A DNA stretch of 64,000 bases from Calcarisporiella thermophila CBS 279.70 (GCF_041956535.1 NW_027192201.1:424206-488205); one strand, 5' to 3'; counted from the first letter of the stretch, positions 1 to 12,478 are shown. Notes: generated by a model from the sequence alone, not told the origin. Numbers and translations: made by a program.

Positions 1-84
1 TATTCTTTTGGTTCCATTTCATTACCTGTTCCTCCTCTCTTTTATTTCCTCGTCTTTACGCAAAGAAAGGAAGAACCCTATAAA

Positions 85-692
85 ATGGTGAGTAGCCCCT
101 AAAATGAGTGCTAGATGGATGGATGAATGTTGTGATCGATGGATGTTGGGAAAAGGCTCGAAAATCGATTGCTTTCTTGGACGATTCCATCCTTAATCAT
201 CATTTGAATCATAGCAGTAAATTTATCGATGCTTTTTTTTTGCATATAGGCCAAACGCACGAAGAAGGTCGGAGTCACCGGCAAATATGGTACTCGTTAT
301 GGTGCTTCGCTCCGTAAGCAGATCAAGAAGATGGAGATCACTCAGCACGCTAAGTACACATGTGCGTTCTGTGGCAAGGTAATGAACACGATTTCCAGCT
401 GTTTGAATTGAGGATGCCTTGCTTATGTCCTCAGAATGATTGGGCCGGTTTTCTCACTCTGAATCTTCAATCGTCTCTGATAGGACACCGTCAAGCGTGA
501 GGCAGTTGGTATCTGGAAATGCCGTGCTTGCCGCAAGTCTATTGCTGGTGGAGCTTGGACTGTCTCGTAAGTGAATTTTGGTTTAGTTATTTTCAGTTTC
601 TGGTGTGCTTAAAAGCGTTTGTTAATAGGACGACTGCTGCTGCTACTGTTCGTTCTACCATCCGTCGTTTGCGCGAATTGCAAGAATCATAA
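85..692 (+). CDS. RPL43: 60S ribosomal protein eL43 (L37a); 4 exons: 85-87, 250-378, 484-566, 629-692
   Basis: Spliced translation [60 protein letters not shown]...[21 protein letters not shown]; C4 zinc ribbon; canonical GT-AG introns; absent from the ORF track. Confidence 0.97.
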
Positions 693-1248
693 TTGCTCTG
701 TTATTTCTAAATAAATGTCTAATTTCACTTAGATTTATTAAGAAATGGCAATGCTTTTATTACACAATAAAAGATTTTCCTCCTCTATTCTCCAATGCTG
801 GAAGTGGAATGGAATTGTCATTTACACATAATCTAATCAAATTCCATTCAGCTATGCTCGAAAGTAGTAATTATCCGGTTTTAGCGTGGATAGCATGGTG
901 ATAGGGCAAAAATTTTGCCAATCCGAGATTCCAGTGTCTTCGATCCCTGTGAATCATAAAGGATTTCTAATACTATTCCAGTGAAAAATCGAACAGAAAG
1001 GAGGAGAAAGAACTAGAATTTTTGCCAACAAATAATAAGGCGAGTCCACCCCTCTCTCTCTTTTCTTCCATCTCTGCTGATTAAGATTCTTCTACACTTC
1101 AATTTTCAACTCATAGAGAATTCCCTTGTTGTTATCTTGTTCCCACTCACCTTTTCTGAACTTTTTGTTATCCTCTTCTTACATTGATCCCTTACTGAAT
1201 TGACTACAGGGCTTTTCCATTTCTTGGACATTCACCACTCCAACTTCT

Positions 1249-2550
1249 ATGGAAAATCACGACAATAGCAACCAAAATTCATCTCCAGCTGACAACCGTC
1301 CGTCTGATAATAACACACCCCCTGCTGAGCACAACCCACCAATTACCTTTTTATTCCAAACATCTACCTTTGTGCTTCGCCCTCGTTCTTCTGCGGCAAC
1401 CTCTAATCCTACAGAAGATGGTGCAAATCAACCAACTCCTGAGAGAAATCCGCAGGAACCAACCTCAAATGCTGCCTCTAGCGATCCGCCTCAACCTGGA
1501 GTAGACCAGCGGCGTCCACAGGGCCCCACCGGGATCCCTACGCTCTTTGTCGCCCCACAGATTTCGTTTATTTTTGGACGTCAACCACAAGATCAACAAG
1601 CTAGTCAACCAGAATCAGTCCCTGAGCCCGAGCCACGCATGCCAGGTGCATTCCCTGAAGAGGCAGAGCAATATGTTGCCGAAGAATCCACAAACGAGGC
1701 CGACAATGACGGACAAAGATCAAATCATAGAAGAAGACCAGTCCATGTGCTCTTCACGACGGATGATGGGAATGTGATGGTGTTCCCAATGTTGTTTGGG
1801 CCCTATATGGTACCCTTCATGATCATCACCAATCAGCAGGAGTCACAGCAAGGGCAACCTCCTGCAAGTTCCAAAGCTATGAAATCGCTGCCTATAGTCA
1901 CCATCACCCCTCAGGAAGAGCAGGAGGGAATCACATGTACTATCTGTCTCGAGGCGCTAACCTCGACCACGACTACGCCAATACGACGTCTTCCCTGCAG
2001 TCATAAGTTCTGCGAAACATGCCTGTTCTCATGGCTTAAGCTGAGCAACTATTGTCCCACATGCCGGTTCGAGCTTGAAACGGACAATGACGAATACAAT
2101 GCTGGGGTGAAGAGGCGGATGGCGGAGCGGGAGAGCGCCTTGCAGTCCCAGCAGCAAGAGGCGAAAATGGCGAAAACAGGTGATAATGAATGCATTGGCC
2201 AAGAGAGACGTGAGGCGCGTGCACGGGAATGCGCCCTCTCGCGAATTGGGTGTTGCGGGGTAGACGGTATCTCAAGTGAGGGGCCGCGTGTTGTTCTTTC
2301 CGCGTGTACACATACATTCCATCCCTCATGTCTGCGGACGAATCTCTCGATACAGGGCTACGAGCTCGACAGACTACAGGAGGAATCTCTTAATGTGCGC
2401 TGTCCATTGTGTCGGGTGCAATCAACGGTAAATGTGGCAGAACTAATTGGGACCGAGGAGGGCGGGAGTGCCAATACCTTGGCTTCACAGCATCCGTCCA
2501 TAGAACAGATTACCCTGCGTTTACCGGACATAGAGCCTGAATTGGACTAA
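1249..2550 (+). CDS. RING-finger E3 ubiquitin ligase with two RING-like domains (RNF115/126/AIP2-like first RING)
   Basis: 433-aa single-exon ORF; PPASSKAMKSLP + CTIC...LPCSHKFCETC...W...CPTCRFELETDN; second module ...CTHTFHPSC...RCPLCR. Confidence 0.85.
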   Translation: MENHDNSNQNSSPADNRPSDNNTPPAEHNPPITFLFQTSTFVLRPRSSAATSNPTEDGANQPTPERNPQEPTSNAASSDPPQPGVDQRRPQGPTGIPTLFVAPQISFIFGRQPQDQQASQPESVPEPEPRMPGAFPEEAEQYVAEESTNEADNDGQRSNHRRRPVHVLFTTDDGNVMVFPMLFGPYMVPFMIITNQQESQQGQPPASSKAMKSLPIVTITPQEEQEGITCTICLEALTSTTTTPIRRLPCSHKFCETCLFSWLKLSNYCPTCRFELETDNDEYNAGVKRRMAERESALQSQQQEAKMAKTGDNECIGQERREARARECALSRIGCCGVDGISSEGPRVVLSACTHTFHPSCLRTNLSIQGYELDRLQEESLNVRCPLCRVQSTVNVAELIGTEEGGSANTLASQHPSIEQITLRLPDIEPELD

Positions 2551-3274
2551 AGTGGACATTACTTTCATAGATATTTTCCTTTATTGCTCGCATATTCTAT
2601 TTTACTTTTTTTTCTCTTTTGGGACATTTTTTCTTTTCATATTTTCTTGATTGTTGTAATCTATCAATTTTTTATATTTCCCTTCTTTCTCATACTGTAT
2701 TTTATATTTGCCAATTCTCACCCTGTATATTTAATATATTTACTATTAACCATTCCTAATGTATTGTCGGAAACATCATGGAGCAGTTTGAAAAGTACAA
2801 TGCCTATTCAGACAAAGAGGCCAGGTCGATCGCGTCTGGGCTGGTGCGAGCACTCCTCATAAAATGCAAGTGGACGAGTGGGGTAGCCCATAAGGCCCAA
2901 CCCTCACTCACAATCCCTGTCATCCTCACGGCCTTTTTGAGGTGGGCAGGGGAGGAGGGACAAACATGAGGTTTGGAGCCCCCGCGGATTCGATCGATCT
3001 TGAGCATGAGATTTAATTTTCATCTGAAACATTACACCTGAAATCGGAAAAGCAGAGGCAGTTCATTTTCCTTGCGTGACACCAGGATAAAACCCTTTTG
3101 AGCGCCCGGAAAGGAAGGCGGCCTAGATATATTGTTCGATGGCCACCTTGCACTCGTCGTTCTGGCACTCCTTCAGTGCTCCATTAGCGATCCCTTTATC
3201 GCCAGTTTTTTCATTTAACAAGGGCACACGGGACCTCCTCTCCTTGGCCAGCTCGAGTCACTCTTTAGCACGCA

Positions 3275-4576
3275 ATGCGCACCAAATTCGCACAGTTGAT
3301 AAACATCAGGGATTATTCCAGGGATTATACCAAGGGCTCGGCATCAGTCTATGAACCGTACCAAATAATGCGGAGGAGACTTCCGGCCCATCCATGGTCT
3401 CGGGCATCGAGTTCTTTCAAGTGGTTTGTTGAGAACCAAATACGTTTGTATTAACCTTGTTGACTATGACATTCGCATTGGCCAACACACCCTTTTCTGT
3501 ATTAGCCCTCACTTTTAGCTTCATTCTCCTTGTCCATGTTGCCCAATTTCTCGGCTGGGAATCTGCGAGCCAGTTTTTTTATCTCTCCTACTACGATGCT
3601 TCAACTAATCTCTATACCAAGGGAATCTATGATATATCTTTTGTCTTCTCCTGGGTAGTGGGCTATACATTTTTACGCGCGATTCTTATTCGCTTCGTGC
3701 TTCAATCGCTGGGCTCTCGCTGCGGAATCAAAAAAGCGAGGGCGCTAGTGCGCTTCACGGAGCAAGCATACTTGTTTCTCTACTATATTCTGGTCATCCC
3801 AGTGGGCATGCGTATCATCTGTACATCTCCCTATGCGCGCGACATGCGCCAGTATTGGATTGGGTATCCACACGAGCAGTACACCATGAAATTCAAGGCG
3901 TACTATCTTCTGCAGCTCGCGTTCTGGATCCAGCAGATCTACGTGCTACACATCGAAAAGCGCCGGAAAGATTATGTTCTCATGTTCGCCCATCACATCA
4001 TCACCAGCTCTCTTCTCGTAGGAAGCTATCTGGGCAATTTTACAAGGGTTGGAAGCGCGATCCTAGTTATCATGGACATTGCGGATATACTGCTGGCCGT
4101 ACGTATTTGCTTTGACAGTAAACCAGCGGATTGCATGTGTTTATTGACCGCCTACTCTCCTTTCTTTCTGTATAGTCAACCAAACTGCTCAGATATTTGG
4201 GCATGAAAAAGCTATGTGACGCTTGCTTTATCCTATTTACCGTTGTGTGGGTTGGAACACGCCATTACCTCTTTTCTTTGGTGGCCATCCATACAGCGCG
4301 TAAGTTCATATCTCCATACAGGGCTGATGTACGTTTATCTCGGCATTTACTATTCCACTTGCTTTAGTCGAGTCGCCGAAATATGTTGCTTTTGAATGGA
4401 ATCCAGCTCAAGGCAAATTCTTCACTCGAACCATATTGAACTTCTTTCTCTTCCTCTTTGCCTTATTGCAACTTTTGTTCGTATGCTGGTTCTATTTCAT
4501 CGCCCGCATTTTGCTCAATGTGATCCGAGGGGGCTTTGTGCATGATAACCGTAGCGACGAAGAAGAAGACGAATGA
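3275..4576 (+). CDS. LAG1: Ceramide synthase (sphingosine N-acyltransferase), TLC/Lag1 family; 4 exons; start codon approximate
   Basis: Lag1 motif RRKDYVLMFAHHIIT...MDIADILL; RFTEQ; acidic C-terminus DNRSDEEEDE*; introns near 3444, 4099 and 4299. Confidence 0.92.
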
Positions 4577-5042
4577 GCGAGGGGTACCGTGAGAGCGCTA
4601 AGTGGGCAAAGGCTATTTGCGCATTGGGCGCCAAAATAAAAACAAACACGTGTGCTCAACTATGACACTCACGACTATTTTATTTAAAATATACAGTATA
4701 TATATTTAATCTATTTTATCTAATTATCGTTTTTGTCAGTCAGCATCATTTATCCGGCAAATTCGAGGTTAATTGTGATATCAGAGCACTTTTTCCATTT
4801 TATAATGTTTCCTATAATAGCTGTCGATGGAGGAGCCAGTCTCCATATTAAATGGTGACCTTTTTCCGTAAAAAAAAATTGCTATTACGGGGCAATTCTT
4901 TTCAAATTATAGTATACATGAACAAAATCGTATTATCCACAAGGGGGAGGGAAGCATATATATCACACGAGAGGTCTATAGTACAAAACTAGAAAAGAAA
5001 AATATAGAATAACTTTGGAATTGAAAGAAAGCGGCCCCATGA

Positions 5043-6552
5043 TCACAGCCGCCTGTCCGGTGTGTCCTCATTCTCCAGAACAATTCCCACTAGCACGCTG
5101 ATGTCATCTGCCTTTCCGCCCTGGTAATATATTCCCTGTTGCATTGCTCGCTCCTGGAAAGGGGAGTTTAAGTTACGAGTATCCTGACTAACACTCTGAG
5201 CGCGATGTGCCAATGCGTCGCAAAGAATTTGTGGTTCCACCTTATGATATGGGCGCGCGTTGTTAGGCCCGATGTGTTTGACTACCTAATGGAGAAAGAT
5301 TTTGGTTTATAGATATTTGCCAAAATTACAGGTAAATAAAGACGGATTATACCTCCTCTAAGATATCCTCATTAAATAAATTATCATATATTCCGTCGCT
5401 AGCCACAATGACGATATCGCCTTTTTGGACTTTGACACGAAAGGTTTGAGCGTCGCGAGGAGTGTCGGTTGAATAGGTCCCAAGTTGATAGGGATAATTA
5501 AAGGAATGCTGTTGCTCTTCGGAACGAAAAATGAAATCGTTTTGTCGAATGACGCTGACGCCGCAGTCTCCAAGGTTAGCGATTCGAAGCTCGTCGTCCC
5601 GGAGAATAGCAATACAGGCTGTGGAGGAACCAACAATTCCCTATAATATATTTTTTTGGTTTTACACATAGCCGTGTGAGAAGAGAGGAGTGACAGACAA
5701 ATTGTATGGAATACTTGCCATTTTTTTGGCCTCTATCCGAGTATTCTCGTAGCTACGCTGTAAAATCTCGACAGGCTCTACATTGAAGTAATCAGCAAAT
5801 TCATCGCACTCAATATTATCATATTTCTCCAATTCTAAATAGGCGTAGTGCATTAACATCCGCGCATACAGAGCCGGACTTGCGTGGGGTTCGCCATGCC
5901 ACCCTCCCACTCCGTCTGCTACTCCAAGCGAATCTGCGCGATGATAAAAGGAATCCTCACCCACTTGGACACTTCCAAAAAATCGAGATTCATCCACCTC
6001 TATAGGAGGGGCAAGTGGTTTGCGCTCCTCCTTATTTGCGAAGCCATTGGAGAATCCATTGGCGTGATGGTGCCGTTTTTTGGGGATTCCTGCCCCAGCA
6101 TGCAGGAACACGTAGTTATGTCTTGGAATCGATTTTTCAAAAATGTCTAACTCACGAACGGTCGAAACGGACGCGTCAGATCCGGACCATATCCGTCGCC
6201 TTTGTCGCGGACGCAGCATATGATGCTGCGAAGAAGAGGGGGTAATTGGAAAAAGGGGCGAATGGAAATGGGTTAGGCGTTGTGAGGGGACGAGGGCGAT
6301 GGCAGGCGTGGTAATGCGAGCAGGACATAGGTGGGCGGAGGAAGTGTGCGGGCAGGCATTCCGAAGGAGGGCTGCAGGCTGACGGGTGTGAAAGTGGAAT
6401 GGGCGGAATGAAGACGACGATAATAAAGGGAGGTCACGAAAAGGTGCGATAAACGATTGAAAAGGGGTGGAGGAAAATATATTCTGCAGCCGCGGCGGAG
6501 CAGAGGAAAAGCGGCGATGTACTAATGTAGCCACTTTGTGAGCCTTTGTCAT
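5043..6552 (-). CDS. PTC7: PP2C-family phosphatase Ptc7 with probable mitochondrial presequence; 3 exons
   Basis: VGEDS, GVADGVGGW, GSSTAC, ANLGDCG, QQHSFNYPYQLG, GGKADDISV motifs; Arg/Ser-rich N-terminus; first intron is GC-AG. Confidence 0.93.
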
Positions 6553-6776
6553 TTTTGTTTGGAAACTTCTCAGTGAATAGGCGACCGTAATGAAGAGAGA
6601 GGACCAGGCTGTCCTTAAAGGTGAAGGCAAAAAAAAACGTGCGAAGACCTTGTGACGTGTGATCTCGAATCTTTTGGAAGCAGTCCCATTTGACTGTCAC
6701 GGCACTGTAAATAACCAAAAAGAATCGAAATTTTATTTCTATAGAGTCGAGAGTTGATCCTCGAAACAAGTGAGCG

Positions 6777-9234
6777 ATGGGGAAAGAGAAATCAACGAAA
6801 ACATCAGAGAAGAGCTCGAATAAAAGGTAAGCATCCCTCCTTCCTTTGTGAGTATTTCGAATGGGGAATCTCACCTCTCCCCTCCTCAGCAGCTCCGTCT
6901 GCCCACACACTGGCAAATCTCCGCTTCTATGTCGTCTTTGCAATACCAAACTCAACACCTCACAGCCCCTTTCTGCACCCCTCCCCAAGCGCATCCAAGA
7001 AAAATTCAATCGCCAGGCAGCCTATGAAGAGGCATCAAAAGAGATCTCACGCTGGCAACCCATCGTCCAAGAGAATCGTAAAAAGGATCACCTTGCATTC
7101 CCCCTCAATCGCCCGGCCCCAGTTCAAATTTCCAATGCGGGATTAGTGAGCAAGTTTGAGGCAACCACTGCATTGGAGAAGGAGGTGGCTGAAGTCTTGA
7201 AGGCAGGCGGGAAGGAGGATCAAAGTGCAGCTAGGGAAGCAATGGAACTAGAGCTGAACAAGATGTCGGTGGAGGAGGCCCAGCAGCGCCGCAAAGAACT
7301 TCGACTCATGCGGGAGCTCATGTTCCGTGAGGAGGCCCGTGCAAAACGCATTAAGAAAATTAAGAGCAAGGCCTATCGTAAGATCCAGAAGAAGGAGAAA
7401 ATGGCGCGACAACTGGCGGAGATGGATCCAGAAGATGTAGCCAACGAGCGGCTGAAAATAGAAGCCCAGCGAGCTCAGGAGAGAATGACCCTCCGGCATA
7501 AGAGCACAGGCAAGTGGGCCAAGGCGATGCTGAAGCATGGTATGCGCGACGAAGGAACCCGCGAGGCTGTTATGGAGCAGCTGCGACGCCACGATGAGCT
7601 CAAGAGGAAGATCCATGATCTGGAGTCGGACGAGGAGCTGTCGGATCTGGAGCAGGATGAGGATGAGGTAGTTAGCGATGATCAACAAGCTGGGGAGGAG
7701 GAAGAAGATGCGAGACAGCAGGCATTAAGAGAGCTTGCGGAGTTGGATGCCGAGGAGCAAGCACCCAAAAAGGGGGTGTTTGCCATGAAATTCATGCAAC
7801 AGGCCGAGTCGCGGCGACGTGCCGAAACCCAGGCTATGCTTGAGGCTTTCAGGGAGGAGCTCGAGTTTGGTGGGTTAAGTGACGAGGAGGAGGATGACGA
7901 GGACGGGGAGGATGAGGAGGGTGACGAGACTCGAAAAAAGCGGAGGAAGACAGACAACAAGGGGGCAAAGAAAGATAAGAAGTTGGGAGCCACCGTTGCC
8001 AATAACCCTGGACGAATGGTGTTCGGAGCAGGTAACCCCGAGGATATACAACGGATGCAACGAGAGCAAAGGGAGGCAGAGATGGAGGACGGAGAGAACA
8101 CCCTTGAGTTGAACGATGCAGGGCAAATCACTAAAGTAGCAAGCTCCGCCGCACACACGACTAAGATGTCGGGCCCAGTCAATGCTCTGGCGAAGAAGGC
8201 TACCGAGGAGGCAGCGGCCAACGAAATGGAGCTGGCTCCTGGCGAAGAGGAAAACCCGTGGATCCAAACCGGATCCATCAAGCCCAGCAAAGGATGGATA
8301 ACCGGAAAGGACGACTCCAAGTCGGATAAGCTTGTCTCCAAGCTGAAGAAAAAGGGGAAGAAAGGGCAGGAGGAGCAGGAGAAGGAAGTCGAAATCGATC
8401 TCGAGCAGGTGTTAACATTAAATCAAATGGCTGAAGTTGGTGAGTATTTTGGAGAGCTTGGGCTGTCTTTGGTCGTGTGTTCCAGAAACTAATCCCATTT
8501 TCCCACCTCTAAATTTTAGCCAAAGAATCCAAGAAAAAGAAGAACAAGAACAAGAAAAAGAAGAAGGAGGAGGAGGAAATGAAAATTGCCACGACCACCG
8601 CTGACGAGGGCGAGGCTGCAGACGAAGACACTGTTATTTCGCCACAGATGGGAGAGGACGAGGAGGAGAACGAGACGGAGGAGACCTTAAACTTGGTAAA
8701 TGCCAAGGGTCCGTTGGCGTTTACACAGCGGGAGCTAGTTGCCCGAGCCTTTGCAAATGACGATGTGGTCGAGGTAAGTGTTTTTGCGATCAACCGGACT
8801 CTACCACACCCGTTCTCAACCGATCCCTTGCTCTGCACTTGTTTGCACAGGAATTTGAAGAGGAAAAGCGGCAAATCGAAATGGAGGATGCACCTCAGGA
8901 AACCGACATCACGCTTCCAGGGTGGGGCTCGTGGTCCGGCAAGGGCATCAAGCGGAAGGCGAAGCGCGTTGTGGTTAAGAAAGAGGCGGGGATCGAGGCG
9001 AAGAAGCGCAAGGATGCCAAGCTCAAGCACGTCATCATCAACGAAAAGCGCGTGAAGAAAGCAGACAAGTTCCATGCACAAAAGTTGCCCCACCCCTTCC
9101 AGACCAGGGAGCAGTATGAGCAAGCCTTGCGGGCTCCCTTAGGAAAAGAATGGAACACCAACGCCGTTTTCCAGCAAATGACCATGCCAAGAGTGACCAC
9201 AAAGGCCGGAACCATCATTGATCCTCTCAGCTAG
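6777..9234 (+). CDS. UTP14: U3 snoRNP / SSU processome protein Utp14; 4 exons
   Basis: APLPKRIQE..RQAAYE, KRIKKIKSKAYRK, RAQERMTLRHK..GKWAK, LPGWGSWSG, LPHPF..REQYE..LRAPLGKEWNT motifs. Confidence 0.95.
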
Positions 9235-9586
9235 AGCTAGAAAAACTGCCTTGTTTTAATCTGCTGTATATATCTTACGGTATTTTTTTTATTTCTATTC
9301 TATTTCCGTTTTTCTCTTTGTTTTTCAGAATTTATACACAGAGACTTGTTTACTATTTTTCCTCTTTTCTTTTTTCCATCCCTTTTAATCTTGAACATTC
9401 CCACCGAGAAAAAAAGTCATTGTTTATCATTAGATTATCTCGAGCAGGATCATCGAAGTTCCTCCCAAGGAAGCAACAATGCCTATGGGTGTATTTCACC
9501 TAACATTTAAAATAAGCACATTACTAAAATCCTAACAAATACCAACTCCCCGCAACGATCACCATACATAGCGCAAAATACTATGG

Positions 9587-10976
9587 TCAGAGAATAAAGA
9601 CCGTATTCATATCCATGGGATGTGAAGAGGAGAGCTGCGGCTTTTGAGAGTATTTTGCCGCCAATATCTGCCGCATTGCAACTAGCAGCTCACGATAAGT
9701 AAACTGCTGTCCCGAGCGCATGACAGTTGTGAAGGCATAGGACATGGCGCCCGTGTTCTGGCCACCTTCGGTTGTATCGGCCGAGGTTTGCATGTCTTTG
9801 CACCCTGAAAACATGATCGCATCTGGAAAATAAAAATATACAAATGCGGATTTAGCTCGGATTGAAAGTCCACCGATCACTTGAGGGCCTTTGCACTCAC
9901 CAGCAGGACTTGAGCGTGTTTGCCGCGAAATCTCTTTGCTCTTATTCCCGCGCAGCAGCGTATTCCCAAGCGAGGTGGCAGTTTTGAGTAAACCGCCGAT
10001 GTCGCCCCGCAGGTAATCGGTGCCCATGGAGAGAAGTGAGGTACCCGCCGTGGCAGCAATGGTCGTATCTTTGAGAGTGCCTTGCGTGCTGTACATGTAG
10101 GGCAGGTCGAGTGCAGAGCCAGAGTGACAGGAGTCAAAGAGGGCAGTGAGACGGCATCCTTGAGATAAGAAGAAGAAAAATGAATTAAGCACTAAGATAA
10201 AGGGAGGCGGAGAAAGTCAACTCGGTATTACCAGCTGGCAGGGGTTTCACCAAGTAGTAGTGCATTTCGTCATCCGTGAGCATTCCTGCAGAAGTGTGAT
10301 CCAGTGGGTATATGGTCTCATCCATCCCATCCTCTTCGTCTCCATCGAGATCACGGGCCTGGCCACCATGGCCGGAGTAGTGGAAAAAGTAGCTGTCATT
10401 AGGTTGGGCATTTCTAACAAGCCATTGCATGGCCGCAATGATATTCGCTTTTGTGGGGATGAACTTCGGATCCCTTTGATCGTCCGTCAGTGTCACCATG
10501 TCACCCTCTCGCCACCCTCTACTTAGCAGGAATTGCTTCATATTGCGCACGTCGTTGATGCAGCCGCGCAGTTCGCCCTTCTGGCCGAAATAGTTGATGC
10601 CTATTAAAAGTGCCCGCTTTACCCCTGTGCAGTTACTAAGCTGGAAGTTGGAGGGAAGTCCGTGATTGGGGTTGGCATGGGCCACGATGCCATCGCCGGC
10701 ATTAGGAGTGGAGGGTGGATATATAGAGGTGTTTTGTCCTGCAGAAATAGGAGGAGGGGGCCCAGGGGGCGGGGGATAGTACTGGCCATGTTGCTGGGGA
10801 GCATTGCTGCTCTGAGGCATCCCCATTGGAAAAGATGGAGGGGGGCCATAATTTTGCGGAGGCGGGCCTGGTGGCGGCGGGTAATACTGCTGGGGAGGAT
10901 ACCCGTATCCTTGCTGGGGTGGGTGTGGTGGAGGTTGGTTTCCGTACTGCTGTTTATACTGATTCCCTGGATACAT
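9587..10976 (-). CDS. MCA1: Type I metacaspase with P/Q/Y-rich prodomain; 3 exons
   Basis: [18 protein letters not shown], catalytic YSGHG and [24 protein letters not shown]. Confidence 0.96.
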
Positions 10977-11174
10977 TCCTTGGCTTTCGTTTTCCTGATT
11001 ATCTGTTCCTGATCGTGAAAGGGGGTGTGGGTGAGAGGCTGTGAATCAATGGCTGGACCACTGCCGCAGTCGGAAATCAGATTGTGGCAAAACTGACAAT
11101 AAACAAGATTCAATAAGCAACCGAAAGAGAGACGGGCGAATTCACCAGTGCGGTTTTTTTTTTTTCATTAAGTT

Positions 11175-11903
11175 ATGCAAAGGGCAACCCTAGTGCGCCG
11201 GTATCTTCCTCGGTTCATTCTTCAGATCCATCCCGACTTCTTCCATGGCACTCCTGACATAAAACAGCTCAATGCACAGTCGCTCCAAACCCTCCAATCT
11301 CGCCTCCAGCCACATCTCGCCTCCTCCCAATCCTCGATGACCCCTTCAAAGAATGACGATGTCGTGCTCGAATTTCACCTCAAGACAAAAAAGCGGATAG
11401 AGCATAAGCTAGAGGGAGGAGAGGGCTTGGTCCAATCCTTCTTGGCACTATGCCAGAAAGCTGGGCTCGATGTCCAGCCCGCCGATCTTGCGGCCTCCGC
11501 GCCTTCTAGCCCCCCTCCTCCGTCAACCTCCACCGTCAAGCATCATGACACGCTTGTACAGCAGTTCGCAGAGCAACTGCGACACTCGGCACCCCCCACT
11601 GCACGGCCCCCATCCTCAATCCACTCTCAACCCAATCGCCTTCTCTTTTTCCGTGCTGACGTCTCTGGAGATAAACGCCAGATAGTTTCCAGGTTAAAGC
11701 GCAGTTTCAGAGAGGGTGGACATGGGCGCTGGTGGGGCCGCGTGCCCGTGCTTGTAGTGGGGTCAGCACTGGACCAATTGCCCGGCCCAGGCTTTCTTGT
11801 AATACGGGAAAATATGTCGAACGAGGAGCTGAGTACCTATCTGTATACGAGGATTCCTCTGGCTTTGAAGGAGCTAGAGGCCAAAAGAGCAGCTGTACTC
11901 TAA
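11175..11903 (+). CDS. DUF4460 (TCAIM N-terminal-like) domain protein, probably mitochondrial
   Basis: N-terminal RRYLPRFILQIHPDFFHGTPDIKQLNAQSLQTL matches the recalled DUF4460 signature F...HPD.F...P.....N..SL..L. Confidence 0.7.
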   Translation: MQRATLVRRYLPRFILQIHPDFFHGTPDIKQLNAQSLQTLQSRLQPHLASSQSSMTPSKNDDVVLEFHLKTKKRIEHKLEGGEGLVQSFLALCQKAGLDVQPADLAASAPSSPPPPSTSTVKHHDTLVQQFAEQLRHSAPPTARPPSSIHSQPNRLLFFRADVSGDKRQIVSRLKRSFREGGHGRWWGRVPVLVVGSALDQLPGPGFLVIRENMSNEELSTYLYTRIPLALKELEAKRAAVL

Positions 11904-12478
11904 CTTTTCGCCATGGATTTGTACCCCTTATTCTTCTTTTTATGCTTGTATATACCCTAGTCTCATCCCCACCCGTCCTCCTCCTCACTCACCCCCATTG
12001 TACACTTCATTGGATCCTTGAGAGAATGAAAGGAACAAAGCGGCATATCAAAGATCTCATTTTTTTTTCTCGTATATATAATAAAGAGAATGAAGTAAAA
12101 CTATATACGTCTTGAAGCAAGCCAGTGGTGATAAAAACACAACATATTACAATAGAAGTAACAAGATCAGATGTAAAAATACGGGGAACATGGCACACAC
12201 ACACTATAGATAATAAAACAATGGGGAGGGGGGTAGGGAAATGAGCTTCGCCAAATAAAAAAAAAAGATAAGGTAATATAAAAAACTGAAAAATAGAATG
12301 AAATATAAAAAAATAGAAGTAGAACAATGTAGTTATACATACTAAATATATACAGAGTGATAAATAAGGGAAAAAAAAAATAAGCGAGCACTATGTATAT
12401 GAGGAAACCTTGTGTATTCATCCCCTCATCATTTTATCTCTTTTACCTCCAACTTCTCTTCACGCCCATGCAACCCCT

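Noticed and set aside
379-483. RPL43 intron 2 hairpins (TGAGGA/TCCTCA, GATTG/CAATC) and CTGA boxes as a possible snoRNA
   Set aside because: No proper box C at suitable spacing, no H/ACA boxes, no recognisable guide
2584-2862. Phe/Leu/Ile-rich 'membrane' ORFs (also 12007-12327, 30144-30458, 38871-39098)
   Set aside because: Translations of T-rich 3'UTR/terminator DNA
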